A DNA stretch of 63,942 nt, filler included, from Limisphaerales bacterium (GTDB lineage: Bacteria > Verrucomicrobiota > Verrucomicrobiia > Limisphaerales > SIBE01): the NCBI GenBank assembly GCA_044225505.1. It is 3 parts of 3 records of this genome, joined end to end, with 100 filler letters (N's around TTAATTAATTAA, not from the genome) between each part and the next. Parts side by side here need not be neighbours in the genome. Positions count along the whole stretch, not along the records: positions 1 to 26,260 come from JBGAIN010000116.1; 2 more parts are not named here. The stretch is one strand, 5' to 3'. The stretch's first letter is position 1. The number at the start of each line of letters is the position of its first letter. Below, piece by piece: positions 9,831 through 18,475 of this stretch. A model generated the notes under the pieces. The model was given only the letters and a program-made list of their open reading frames with translations. It searched no databases and was not told the origin of the DNA. Position numbers and translations under genes: made by a program.

Positions 9831-9859
9831 AGGGTATCGCGATAAACCGGTTCAGGCAA
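9831..9859 (-). promoter_or_regulatory. Candidate sigma70-type promoter for a leaderless ECF transcript
   Basis: TTGCCT-17 nt-TACCCT, then 7 nt to ATG 9823; no RBS. Confidence 0.4.
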
Positions 9860-9928
9860 GAATTCAGCTGCTGCTGGCGGCGAATCGGGCGTATCTTGAC
9901 AGTACCACCAGGATCGCTGGATTTATCC

Positions 9929-10235
9929 TAATGCCATTCGGTAATTGCCTCCTGGCGCCCCGGATGGGGCAACTCGAGAATAGCTCGGCGTTTTAACGCC
10001 GAGGTTGAATGGGCGAGATTCCAAGTCCCGACGGGACAGCCGAGGAGGTGGCATTGAACGGAAGAACCGGAGATTAAGCGGATCACAAGGTCGTAGAACC
10101 CAAACGCCCTTTCTCGCCGCACTCAGCCGCCTCTCCGGGGCTTGGGCCCTCTCACTTGAGCACCCGGCGCTAAAGCGACCGGGCTTCTCTCATTCTGTCC
10201 CTTCCGGGACTGAATAGAATTACCGAATGGCATTA
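9929..10235. mobile_element. Inner 307-bp MITE with IS4-family-like ends
   Basis: Perfect 18-bp TIR TAATGCCATTCGGTAATT (9929-9946, 10218-10235). Perfect 10-bp target duplication GGATTTATCC (9919-9928, 10236-10245). No transposase. Confidence 0.88.
9957..10210. repeat. Degenerate inverted pair of ~90-bp REP-like multi-hairpin units inside the inner MITE
   Basis: Hairpins GCCCCGGATGGGGC, CTCGGCGTTTTAACGCCGAG and GTCCCGACGGGAC on the left are mirrored by GCCTCTCCGGGGC, CCCGGCGCTAAAGCGACCGGG and GTCCCTTCCGGGAC on the right. Confidence 0.65.
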
Positions 10236-10480
10236 GGATTTATCCCGCAGGAATGTCCGCAAGCACGACCGCGACCGCGAAGGTTTCGAGCGCTGCTGGC
10301 CGCATCGGACGATCCGGCGGACTCAAGTCCGCGCGCCAACATAGGGTGGTACTGTCAAGATGCAGCCCAGCGAATCATCCTCCCGATCAACGCTCAGAGC
10401 GGTTGCGTTGAAGGAGCAAGCTCTACGGCAGTCGATAATTCGGTGCGTGCTTTTGATCTGTTGCGGCTCGCTTCCTGCCT

Positions 10481-11377
10481 TTAAGGCGCGGTTGGCAGGA
10501 TGACGCGGTAGAAACGTTGGTGCGCCTGGTCGAACGTGATTGGATAAGTGACGATCGCGCCCGCGGCTCTGACTTCTGCGAGAGACGCCCACGCCGTCGC
10601 TGGCAATTCATTGGCGATCTGGACATGGTAAGTCTGTCCAGGTTTGCCATTCCATTTCAGTTCCAATTGTCCCGTAGACAACCATTGAGGTGTCGCGAGC
10701 GCAATGGCGTCGTCCGGCCCAGTGGCCGGCTCATTCGGCTTACGCAGGGTCGGAAGGCAGCGGATGATGGTCGTCGCGCCGTCAGGATAACGGCCTTGGC
10801 TGTAGCCTTCTTCCGCAGTTCCGAAGATGACAGAATCCACAAGCGCGCCGGCAGGATCAAACAGACCAATCTGTTCTCCCTCCTGACTCAACTTAAAGCC
10901 GGCGTGCAAGTCCGGGCTGGCAGCGCTGTTCTGGCCAGTATCATTGTCAGCCCAAACGAGGAGAAACCCGTGAGCCGGAACCACGGTGCCCGGCGGAATC
11001 TTCCAGCGTGCCGCACTATTTGTTAACGAGTCGGAGAGCGAGTAACCGCTCAAATCCACTGCCGTTGCGTCTGGGTTGTAGAGCTCGAACCAATCGTCAA
11101 AGTGCCCGTCTGCGGGATCTGGAAGATTCGAATTCAGCGCCATCCATTCGTTGATGGTGACGTGAGTCGAAAGAACAGTCGGATCATTGGCGGCTCCTGG
11201 CGTCCCGGTGAATAGACGCCGAAGTGATCCGGCCTGTCCGTCCGGAAATAATCCCAGGTAGGTATCGGGTCCGACTGACTGATAGTTCAAGTAGTCTAGA
11301 ACCGCCGGTTGACCTTGGAGTGGCCAGACTAGGGCGATGGAGCCGTTCGTCGGCGCCAAAGAAAACGCTGCGTGCAA
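10481..11377 (-). pseudogene. C-terminal part (lamin-tail domains + FYRV domain) of the disrupted LTD/CotH gene
   Basis: VTINEWMA..DWFELYNP..DLSGYSLSD LTD; begins mid-domain; the frame continues upstream through TAA 11393-11395 into LTD-like GIAIGPKPFLYVWLEGD. Confidence 0.75.
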
Positions 11378-14300
11378 GGCGGACGCGGTCGTTTATTTAA
11401 AATCGCCCTCGAGCCACACGTAAAGAAACGGTTTTGGGCCGATCGCGATTCCCCAATGAAAACTTTGTCCGTAATCCCGGAAACGTTATGCACCGCGAGC
11501 TCGTTGATCCAAACCGAGGGCAAACTGGGCAACGTCTTGGCGATGGAATTGGCTGCACCTGGAGTGCTTAACAGTTCAGGTTTTTCTTCCAAACCAATGT
11601 TCGGCGTGCTGCTGATGCCACTCCCGGAGAGTCGAATGGTTAGTCCACTGCCATTGGTACTGGGTAAAAACCAGTAGCTTAGTGTGTAGGTGTCGTTAGA
11701 AACCAGTGGGCCGATATCCTGCCAAATGGAAGTGCTTTGGCTGCTCCCAGCGCTACTGGACACGACATGTAAACTACCGTTGCCCGAATGATGAAGTTGA
11801 CTGCTCAAGCTCGAATTCGACAAATTGGCCGAGACATTCCAAGGTCCAGGGAACGCCCCCTCGAAATCGCCGTTCAGGATAAAGTTTTCGCCCACACCGG
11901 CCGTTTCCCCAGCGACCAGGGTCAGATCGTCGATCTGCACTTCGCCGACGGATGTCATATATATGTAAAGCCGCGATGAGCTGGCCGTTCCCGTCGTTAC
12001 GACATGTTGCCAGGTCACAACAGGGGGGCCGCTGGGCGCGGAACTGGCGACTGCCCAGTTTGCGACTCGATAATTATCCTGCACAGGATCGATGAGCTGA
12101 AGAGAGCTTCCCGGAGCCGCGGACGGCCAAGGGGATTGTGTGCTGTAGGAAACTGCGTCGACGACACTTACTTCGTTGCCTGTGCTGTTCGGCATCGTTA
12201 GCGTCAAAGTCTCGCCTGTCGAGTTGAGCTTCCCATCAAACTGGCCAGCCAGCGGAGTGTTCATTCCATACGCTGCCAGGAAGGCAGCGGTATCCTTTGT
12301 GATCACGAGATAACCGCCTGGGATCAGCACAGTCCCGGGTGGGAACGTGAAGTCCACCCCGCTGAGTTTCCAACCCGACAGATCAAAGGCGGTTTCGGAG
12401 GAATTGAAGAGTTCGACAAACTCGGCCCCTGGGATTGCCGGCGAAGCCATGATTTCACTGATCAGCACTCGACCGACGGGGGACACCGGCGAACTTTGGC
12501 TCTGCACGACAATTTCATCGGACATTCCTGTCAGAAGCTGTCCATCCACATTGACGGCATCGATCGTCAATCGGTTCTCGCCGGTCCGCAGTGGCACAGT
12601 GATCGACCAAGTGGTGACGCTGATCCAAGTCACGGGGTAAACCACGCCATTCACGCGCAACGTTTTGACTTCGATAGGCGCGGTCCCGGTGATCGCGGTG
12701 GTATTCGAGTCGGTCGAAAAGTCTCCGCCGCTGTTGCTTGTGATCGTGAAGGGGGCGCTGATGCTGTTTAATTGATTAAGCAACGCGGTGCGGCGTTGGC
12801 TAAACCAGGTTTTGACAACCCCAGGCCCCGTTAGAGCATTTCCATCGCACAAGGTCACACCATTCGCCACCAACGCCTGATATTTTGCGTCCATGACCGG
12901 ATCGCATTGGCTGCTCTGCATGGGGCCCTCCACCGCCTTTTTGACGGCTCGGAAGTAAGCTCGGCGAAAGGGCGGATGATTGAACATGCGCACCATCGTC
13001 GGATCTTCGGCATTAAATAGCGGAGCAGAACTTGCCGAATAATCGGCCCGGCGTCCTGCCGCTGCCAACATTAACCAGTCCAGATCGAAGGCATAGAGCT
13101 GCCACTTTCCGTCGTTCGGCTTGTAGGCATACATGTTCTTGCCGATCTCGTGCCCGTAGGCATCGAAATTAACGATAATATGCTCAAAGGCCAGAAGGCC
13201 CATCCATTCTTCGAGATCAACGAGTGCTTCGGTCTGTGAAGTATAGGGCTCCGGGCTGGCCGCATTTAACGCGTCGACGAGGCTGAAAATGTTTCTGTAA
13301 TCGTTGATCGCCTCGGTGCTCCGTTTCAGCCAACTCCAGCGGTAACGAGCCGTCTTCTTAGCTCCACCGACGGTCGTGTAGTTCTGTAGACGCGGTTGCG
13401 GATCCGCGGTGAGCGATCCGCCATCGCTAAATTCAAAAGCGCGGTCAATCTTGTAAAAGTCCCCATCGCTATCGTTCGGATGCCAAGCCCGGAGGAAATC
13501 GCCTGCCGGTTGATTGACTGCTTCAAAGACCGTTCCGCGTTGCATGTCCGTGACTCCGTTGACATGCAAGCGAATGGTGTAACGGTGGCTGTAGGGAAGA
13601 TCCATATGATCCGCCAGCCAGTAGGCCATCTGCTCTTGCAACGCTGTGCTTTCTCCTCCGTGCCCGCCTGGCCAGTCCAGGACCAGATCCGTGTTACCAA
13701 GGAACTTGTCATCCGGAGGAAAGCTTATGCTGTAGCCGCAGCGCGTGCCGGTCGGCGTATTGTAGCCAGGGGCTATGTAAGGGCTGCCGGCGTAGAGGGC
13801 TTTGGCGGCATAGATCACGCGGTCTTTGCCCAAAACAAACGTCACTGGCAAGGGAGTGTTGTTCAGCTTGCTCCGTTGCGTCCAGGTCTGGAGGGTGCGT
13901 TGGGTCATCCAAATCCGGTAGACAGGGAAGGTCCCCGAAGGCGAAGCTTCACCGAACCGAACCAAGGCTTCGTTTTCCGGTGCGTTGTCCGGGAACGTTC
14001 CTGCGCCGGAGCTAGCCGCGGCATCAACCGCTTCGACGTAGAACGCCACCAGCGCGCCGGAGGATTGGGCCGGAATGACCCCGGTAAAAACTCCATCCCC
14101 AGCGAGTGCGTCGCCGCCCGTGCCGTCGTCTCGCATTGACACCGACTGATGGCTCGTCGCGGGGTCGAGCCGGTAATGCAAACGCACAGCACTGATTCCG
14201 TTTGGGGCTGAAACGCGGGCCGTGACCGTGACAGTTTCATCAGCCGGGGGTAGTACAGGCGTGTGCCTGACGTCGTAGACGGCGGGCGCGGCGTTCGCCG

Positions 14301-16308
14301 CAAAGCGGCTATTTTGAGATCCGGGCGTTCCCAGCTTCGTCCCGGTGTTCATCTCACCGGCGGCTTCCAGCCAATTTCCACGAATGCGGAAAAGGATTGA
14401 AGGCTGTCCCTTCAACCAACGGACTTTGGCCCGAATAGTCGCGGTGCTTCCCGAATTCAGCGCGGTGGTTAACGGGACGCGAATCCGGTTCACTTGGTTG
14501 TCGCCCCGATCGATCGCGCGCACGTGATAGGAATTAGCACTGTTGAAACCCTCGGAAGACTCCCAGCTCGAGCCGGATTCAGTCCCCTCGGCCGTCCAAC
14601 CGTTTGCATTGCCTTCGAATGTGCCGTTGGCAATGTGGTTTACCCCGTTGGCATCGAGCACCTCGACGTCGTCGATCAAACACTCGCCAGCCCCCTGGAG
14701 CAGCACCTGCAGTTGGTCAGGATTGACATCGCCATTATCCACACGACCCGTCGCTGTGATCATGGTCCAGGGTGCGTTTCGAGTTTCGTCGCTGTCCTGC
14801 CAATTCGGCGCCAAACGCCCATCGCTCCAAGGATTGACCCGTTCCAAGCTGCTACCGCCTCCGTCGGACCACTGCCCCCATCGACCGCCGTCCTGGTAGG
14901 TGACCTCGTCCACCACGATGTGGATGATATTGGTCGTTTTCACTCCGGCGCTATTTGTGGCAATCATCAGGTCGGGCATCGACAAGGCGACGCGTTCGCC
15001 ACTCCCGGCCAGCTTGCCCTCAAAGTTTCCCAACAGACTCTGCGAGCTCAGGTTGGAGTAATTGGTGCGCATTCGGGCAGCGTTCCTCGCCACCACCAAA
15101 TACTGGCCCGCGGCAATTGCCGTCTGGGCAGGGAAAGTGAACTGAATCCCGTCCTGCAACATCCAACCGCTCACGTCCATCGTTGTGTCCCCACGGTTGT
15201 AGAGCTCGATATACTGGTCATCGGAATCACCGCTAATCGGGTGATACATAATCTCGTTGAAGACGATAAAGCTGGTTAGAATCCGGGCGTTCGCCGTCCC
15301 AGGGGTTTTACTTTGCAGCCTGTAGAATTCGTCGCTTCCATCCGGAAACCGACCGGTAGCGACTCCATTTTCTTGGGCGCCAAACCGGATGGCGTCGAGC
15401 ACGCGCGTTTGTTTGGCATTTTTCAAAAGAAGTGTCTCGCCCTGGGCGTTCAAGGCAAACCCTAGCTGCCGTTGGTTCAACGAGAGGAAACCACCGGGCG
15501 CAAGCCCCGTCTGCGCTGGGAACAGGAACTTGTTGGTCGCCGGATCATCGGTCAGGACCGCCCCGGACAAGTCGATGGCTTGAGGACCTCGATTATAGAG
15601 TTCGATATAGTCCAGTTCCGGGTCGTCTGTGTGTGCCAGAAATTCGTTGATGACGACGGAGGTTGCAGGATCTACATCCGATGGTTCAAGTGAGCCTGGA
15701 GATCCGCCAATAACAATGCTCGCCGCCCAGGCACGTGGATCTGCCTCGCCGAACGAAGGTCGTGCCAGAACCAGCGAATGCCCCGCGCCGTCGGCCGCAA
15801 TCGGCCAGGGCGCATGACTATCATAAGGCACCTCCAGAAAGACCGCTCCGGAGCGGTGCAGGAGCCGCACGGTTCCGCGGTCATTGGGCAACGATCCTTC
15901 GGCCTCGAACGGGCCAAAGGCATTGGCAATCCCGGTCGCCGCTTTGAGATCCTCTGGCTTTTGCGCCACGACCAGAGCGGTGCGTCCCGGCAGAATTGTT
16001 CCCGTTGGAAATGTGAAGTGCACATCGCCAGAAAGCTGATACCCGCTCATGTCCTCTGGTGTGGAAAGAGTGTTGTATAGCTCAATAAACTCCGTTTTCA
16101 GGCCGTCCGACCGGTTGGCCGGATTATACATAATCTCGGAGATGACCACGCTGGTAAGCCGGCTGGATTGTCCCATCCGTTCTGGGGGAGGACCGCTCAT
16201 TGCGTCCGGGAAGACAGTGACTGCGGCGATCGAAAATGCCGCCGTTAGAAGGACATGCAAACATCTCATGGGCAATGAATAGCTTACTGCCAGTCTCGGG
16301 AATGGCAA
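11329..16308 (-). CDS. Large secreted lamin-tail-domain / CotH-kinase protein (N-terminal part, frameshifted near 11460)
   Basis: Repeated VVISEIMYNP/EFIELYN LTDs, CBM-like NGxFE domains, CotH-like core (EQMAYWL, LHVNG, FYKID, NFDAYG..KNMYAY..FDLDW). Likely start ATG 16269. Confidence 0.85.
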   Translation of the reverse strand: MPFPRLAVSYSLPMRCLHVLLTAAFSIAAVTVFPDAMSGPPPERMGQSSRLTSVVISEIMYNPANRSDGLKTEFIELYNTLSTPEDMSGYQLSGDVHFTFPTGTILPGRTALVVAQKPEDLKAATGIANAFGPFEAEGSLPNDRGTVRLLHRSGAVFLEVPYDSHAPWPIAADGAGHSLVLARPSFGEADPRAWAASIVIGGSPGSLEPSDVDPATSVVINEFLAHTDDPELDYIELYNRGPQAIDLSGAVLTDDPATNKFLFPAQTGLAPGGFLSLNQRQLGFALNAQGETLLLKNAKQTRVLDAIRFGAQENGVATGRFPDGSDEFYRLQSKTPGTANARILTSFIVFNEIMYHPISGDSDDQYIELYNRGDTTMDVSGWMLQDGIQFTFPAQTAIAAGQYLVVARNAARMRTNYSNLSSQSLLGNFEGKLAGSGERVALSMPDLMIATNSAGVKTTNIIHIVVDEVTYQDGGRWGQWSDGGGSSLERVNPWSDGRLAPNWQDSDETRNAPWTMITATGRVDNGDVNPDQLQVLLQGAGECLIDDVEVLDANGVNHIANGTFEGNANGWTAEGTESGSSWESSEGFNSANSYHVRAIDRGDNQVNRIRVPLTTALNSGSTATIRAKVRWLKGQPSILFRIRGNWLEAAGEMNTGTKLGTPGSQNSRFAANAAPAVYDVRHTPVLPPADETVTVTARVSAPNGISAVRLHYRLDPATSHQSVSMRDDGTGGDALAGDGVFTGVIPAQSSGALVAFYVEAVDAAASSGAGTFPDNAPENEALVRFGEASPSGTFPVYRIWMTQRTLQTWTQRSKLNNTPLPVTFVLGKDRVIYAAKALYAGSPYIAPGYNTPTGTRCGYSISFPPDDKFLGNTDLVLDWPGGHGGESTALQEQMAYWLADHMDLPYSHRYTIRLHVNGVTDMQRGTVFEAVNQPAGDFLRAWHPNDSDGDFYKIDRAFEFSDGGSLTADPQPRLQNYTTVGGAKKTARYRWSWLKRSTEAINDYRNIFSLVDALNAASPEPYTSQTEALVDLEEWMGLLAFEHIIVNFDAYGHEIGKNMYAYKPNDGKWQLYAFDLDWLMLAAAGRRADYSASSAPLFNAEDPTMVRMFNHPPFRRAYFRAVKKAVEGPMQSSQCDPVMDAKYQALVANGVTLCDGNALTGPGVVKTWFSQRRTALLNQLNSISAPFTITSNSGGDFSTDSNTTAITGTAPIEVKTLRVNGVVYPVTWISVTTWSITVPLRTGENRLTIDAVNVDGQLLTGMSDEIVVQSQSSPVSPVGRVLISEIMASPAIPGAEFVELFNSSETAFDLSGWKLSGVDFTFPPGTVLIPGGYLVITKDTAAFLAAYGMNTPLAGQFDGKLNSTGETLTLTMPNSTGNEVSVVDAVSYSTQSPWPSAAPGSSLQLIDPVQDNYRVANWAVASSAPSGPPVVTWQHVVTTGTASSSRLYIYMTSVGEVQIDDLTLVAGETAGVGENFILNGDFEGAFPGPWNVSANLSNSSLSSQLHHSGNGSLHVVSSSAGSSQSTSIWQDIGPLVSNDTYTLSYWFLPSTNGSGLTIRLSGSGISSTPNIGLEEKPELLSTPGAANSIAKTLPSLPSVWINELAVHNVSGITDKVFIGESRSAQNRFFTCGSRAILNKRPRPPCTQRFLWRRRTAPSP

Positions 16309-16400
16309 TTCAACGTTTGCTGTCTGTCATGAAGATTTTGACAGAGGACAAGCCAGGAAGAGCTGCGGACCACTCGAGCTTCGGCGCAGCAGAATGGCTC

Positions 16401-17894
16401 CTATCGAGGCGTGGTCAGAAGCACGGCGCGTTGGTGTTCACCGCGATTGGGAATTTCTTGAATGACGAAACTTCCGTCCGCCTGCGGGAACCAAACCTGG
16501 CCAGCACCTTGCCCGTCTTTAGTCTGAAAGAAGATGTAGAAGGTTTGGTCGTCCCGGCGCTGGAATTTCGCACTCATACCGGCAAGAAGCGGATCGCTCG
16601 ATTCGATGACTTGGGCTTGGTTGTCGCGGACCACCAACGTTAGCGCCTGTTGTTTCTTCCACCATTCCAGACTCACCGAGTACACGCCATCTGGCATCCT
16701 CTCTCTGCCGACGATCTGCGACGGCGAGGTTCGGGTTGGGGTTGGCAAAGGACCTTTCGGATGATTGGCGAACGATATCACCTGGGCAAGAGCGAGCTTT
16801 TTTCGGCTCTGAAGCTTATGCCTTAAATCCTCAATCGCGGCGTCGAACTCCGGCGGGTTGCTGGTGAAGGGTCGAGCGTTTTCTCGAAGAAAGTGACTTA
16901 GGGCGTCGAGGCGTTTTTCCAGGTAATCCGAGCCGTAGGTAACTTGCACCAATTCAACCATGCGCTGCCGAAATAGACGCTGGCCTTCGGGCGTTTCCAT
17001 GAAGGCACGGGCCACAGTTCCTTTCCAAGGACCATCCAAGGGCAGGTGCTCGTGATTGAAGATCAAATCCATTCCGTGCGGGATGAAAACCATGCGATTG
17101 CTCTTCGGGTCTCGGTAAATGCGAAAGTTGTTCCGATCCAAAGAGTAACCGTCGTGATGGCCGACCAAAACCTCTAGCGCCAGGAACTCGGCGAAACGGT
17201 TGACATCCAGCGATTCTTGGAGCCGGGGCCAGCGCTTCACCTGGTCAGGTTCTCGACAGGCATCGGCCAGCGATTGGAGGTCGCGCTGTGCCCTGCTGGA
17301 GTCGCCGGAGTCGAGCTCCAGTGGGTCTTCGACATCGGTGTTGCTCCCTTCATACAGGTTCCCGGTGCTAGCCCCAAAATGATGACTCAGAAAGACTTTG
17401 TCCACGGGCTCAATTAGCAGGTAGAGGCCCAAATCGCGTTCATTGAACTTTACCTGGGCGAAGTTGATTCGCGCTGCCGGATAGCCCACACTCAGAAACA
17501 GCTCCGATGCCAGCTTCCATCGTAGGAAGGACGGGTCCTGGGAAGAGTTGTTGAGCAATAGCCGGTCGCGGCCAAATGCCTTATTCCCGGCAGGCCTCTG
17601 GTGAAGTCTTACGGCGAAGTTCGGCTTCTCGTCGACGGGCCGGAAGCTCCCGTGGCCTTTGAGGTGGAGCTTTGCTCCTAGGAACTCCCGTCCGTCCATT
17701 TGCACGATCGCGGGAACATCCAATCGAGGTTCCGATCGGAGACTACCGACCTGGTCTCGGTTCACCCTAATCTCAATCTGCGCAATCCTGTCCGCCCCGA
17801 AAACCTGTTCTTCCGGTTCCGCCGCGGTCGTCAGATGAGCGGCGACCAGTAGAGCCGCCGCAGGGATGTAGAAACCGCCAAGTGATATGATCAT
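16401..17894 (-). CDS. CotH kinase family protein
   Basis: HLKGHGSFR, KPNF, LLLNNSSQDPS, GLYLLIEPVD, GNLYE, HDGY..NNFRIY..FIPHGMD; signal peptide. Confidence 0.88.
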   Translation of the reverse strand: MIISLGGFYIPAAALLVAAHLTTAAEPEEQVFGADRIAQIEIRVNRDQVGSLRSEPRLDVPAIVQMDGREFLGAKLHLKGHGSFRPVDEKPNFAVRLHQRPAGNKAFGRDRLLLNNSSQDPSFLRWKLASELFLSVGYPAARINFAQVKFNERDLGLYLLIEPVDKVFLSHHFGASTGNLYEGSNTDVEDPLELDSGDSSRAQRDLQSLADACREPDQVKRWPRLQESLDVNRFAEFLALEVLVGHHDGYSLDRNNFRIYRDPKSNRMVFIPHGMDLIFNHEHLPLDGPWKGTVARAFMETPEGQRLFRQRMVELVQVTYGSDYLEKRLDALSHFLRENARPFTSNPPEFDAAIEDLRHKLQSRKKLALAQVISFANHPKGPLPTPTRTSPSQIVGRERMPDGVYSVSLEWWKKQQALTLVVRDNQAQVIESSDPLLAGMSAKFQRRDDQTFYIFFQTKDGQGAGQVWFPQADGSFVIQEIPNRGEHQRAVLLTTPR

Positions 17895-17936
17895 CGAACG
17901 CGGTGAATTATGGTTGGCTCGAGGGCTTCCACTGCT

Positions 17937-18131
17937 TCATGGAAACCAACACTTTTTGGGGATCGTGTTTGTTTTCGGCCTTGGCGGTTTTGAGCGCTCT
18001 TCAATCGGTTTTGTGCCATCGGCGTTTCGGTTACAGATATCTGGCGAGAGCGGTTGGTTGTTCTGTTCGGCAGTCATCGCCAGATTTATATGTGGGAACA
18101 GCAGAACGATCGTCAGACTAAGCCAATTCAT
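17937..18131 (-). CDS. Possible small secreted protein (64 aa)
   Basis: MNWLSLTIVLLFPHINLA is signal-like and co-oriented with CotH; no recognisable domain. Confidence 0.3.
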   Translation of the reverse strand: MNWLSLTIVLLFPHINLAMTAEQNNQPLSPDICNRNADGTKPIEERSKPPRPKTNTIPKKCWFP

Positions 18132-18475
18132 GTTTGGCCTCTTGCTGTTAGACCGTAGGTCCGCGTTAACGTTCGACGCCAGGACGAGGTTCTGGGTTAA
18201 ATAGGAACGGGAACGTCCTTTTAGCAGTGTATGCCGAACCGCCAAGCCCGCCGGAACGACTGGTGCACACCAAGCCCCGTGAAATGAAGACTGGAACTTT
18301 CGCGAGTGTTGTTCCAGCGAATGGCGCTTAACACAAGCAGTCAAGCCTTGGACCGGGGATTGTGGGTGTCGAAGCCTTCGAACCGTTCATTGGGTGCAGC
18401 GCGTAGCCGCTTCAAGACCGAGTTCGAGCACGGACGGAGTTGAGTTTTATCATCCACTCGAGTAAACGAGTGCTC

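Larger units (their letters stand above)
9887..10368. mobile_element. Outer MITE (about 165 bp before the inner insertion)
   Basis: TIRs GGGCGTATCTTGACAGTACCACC (9887-9909) and GGTGGTACTGTCAAGATGCAGCCC (10345-10368), with a perfect 17-bp core. Flanking 8-bp direct repeat GGCGAATC (9879-9886) / AGCGAATC (10369-10376). Confidence 0.75.

Noticed and set aside
11449..11460. 12-mer TTCCCCAATGAA shared between the LTD lesion and 26177-26188
   Set aside because: A 12-bp match is expected by chance many times in 64 kb.
17894..18131. Small ORF is in frame with CotH across a single TGA (17937-17939), suggesting possible selenocysteine or readthrough
   Set aside because: No convincing SECIS hairpin, no redox motif context, and CotH has its own signal peptide after the stop. 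In-frame placement has a 1-in-3 chance.
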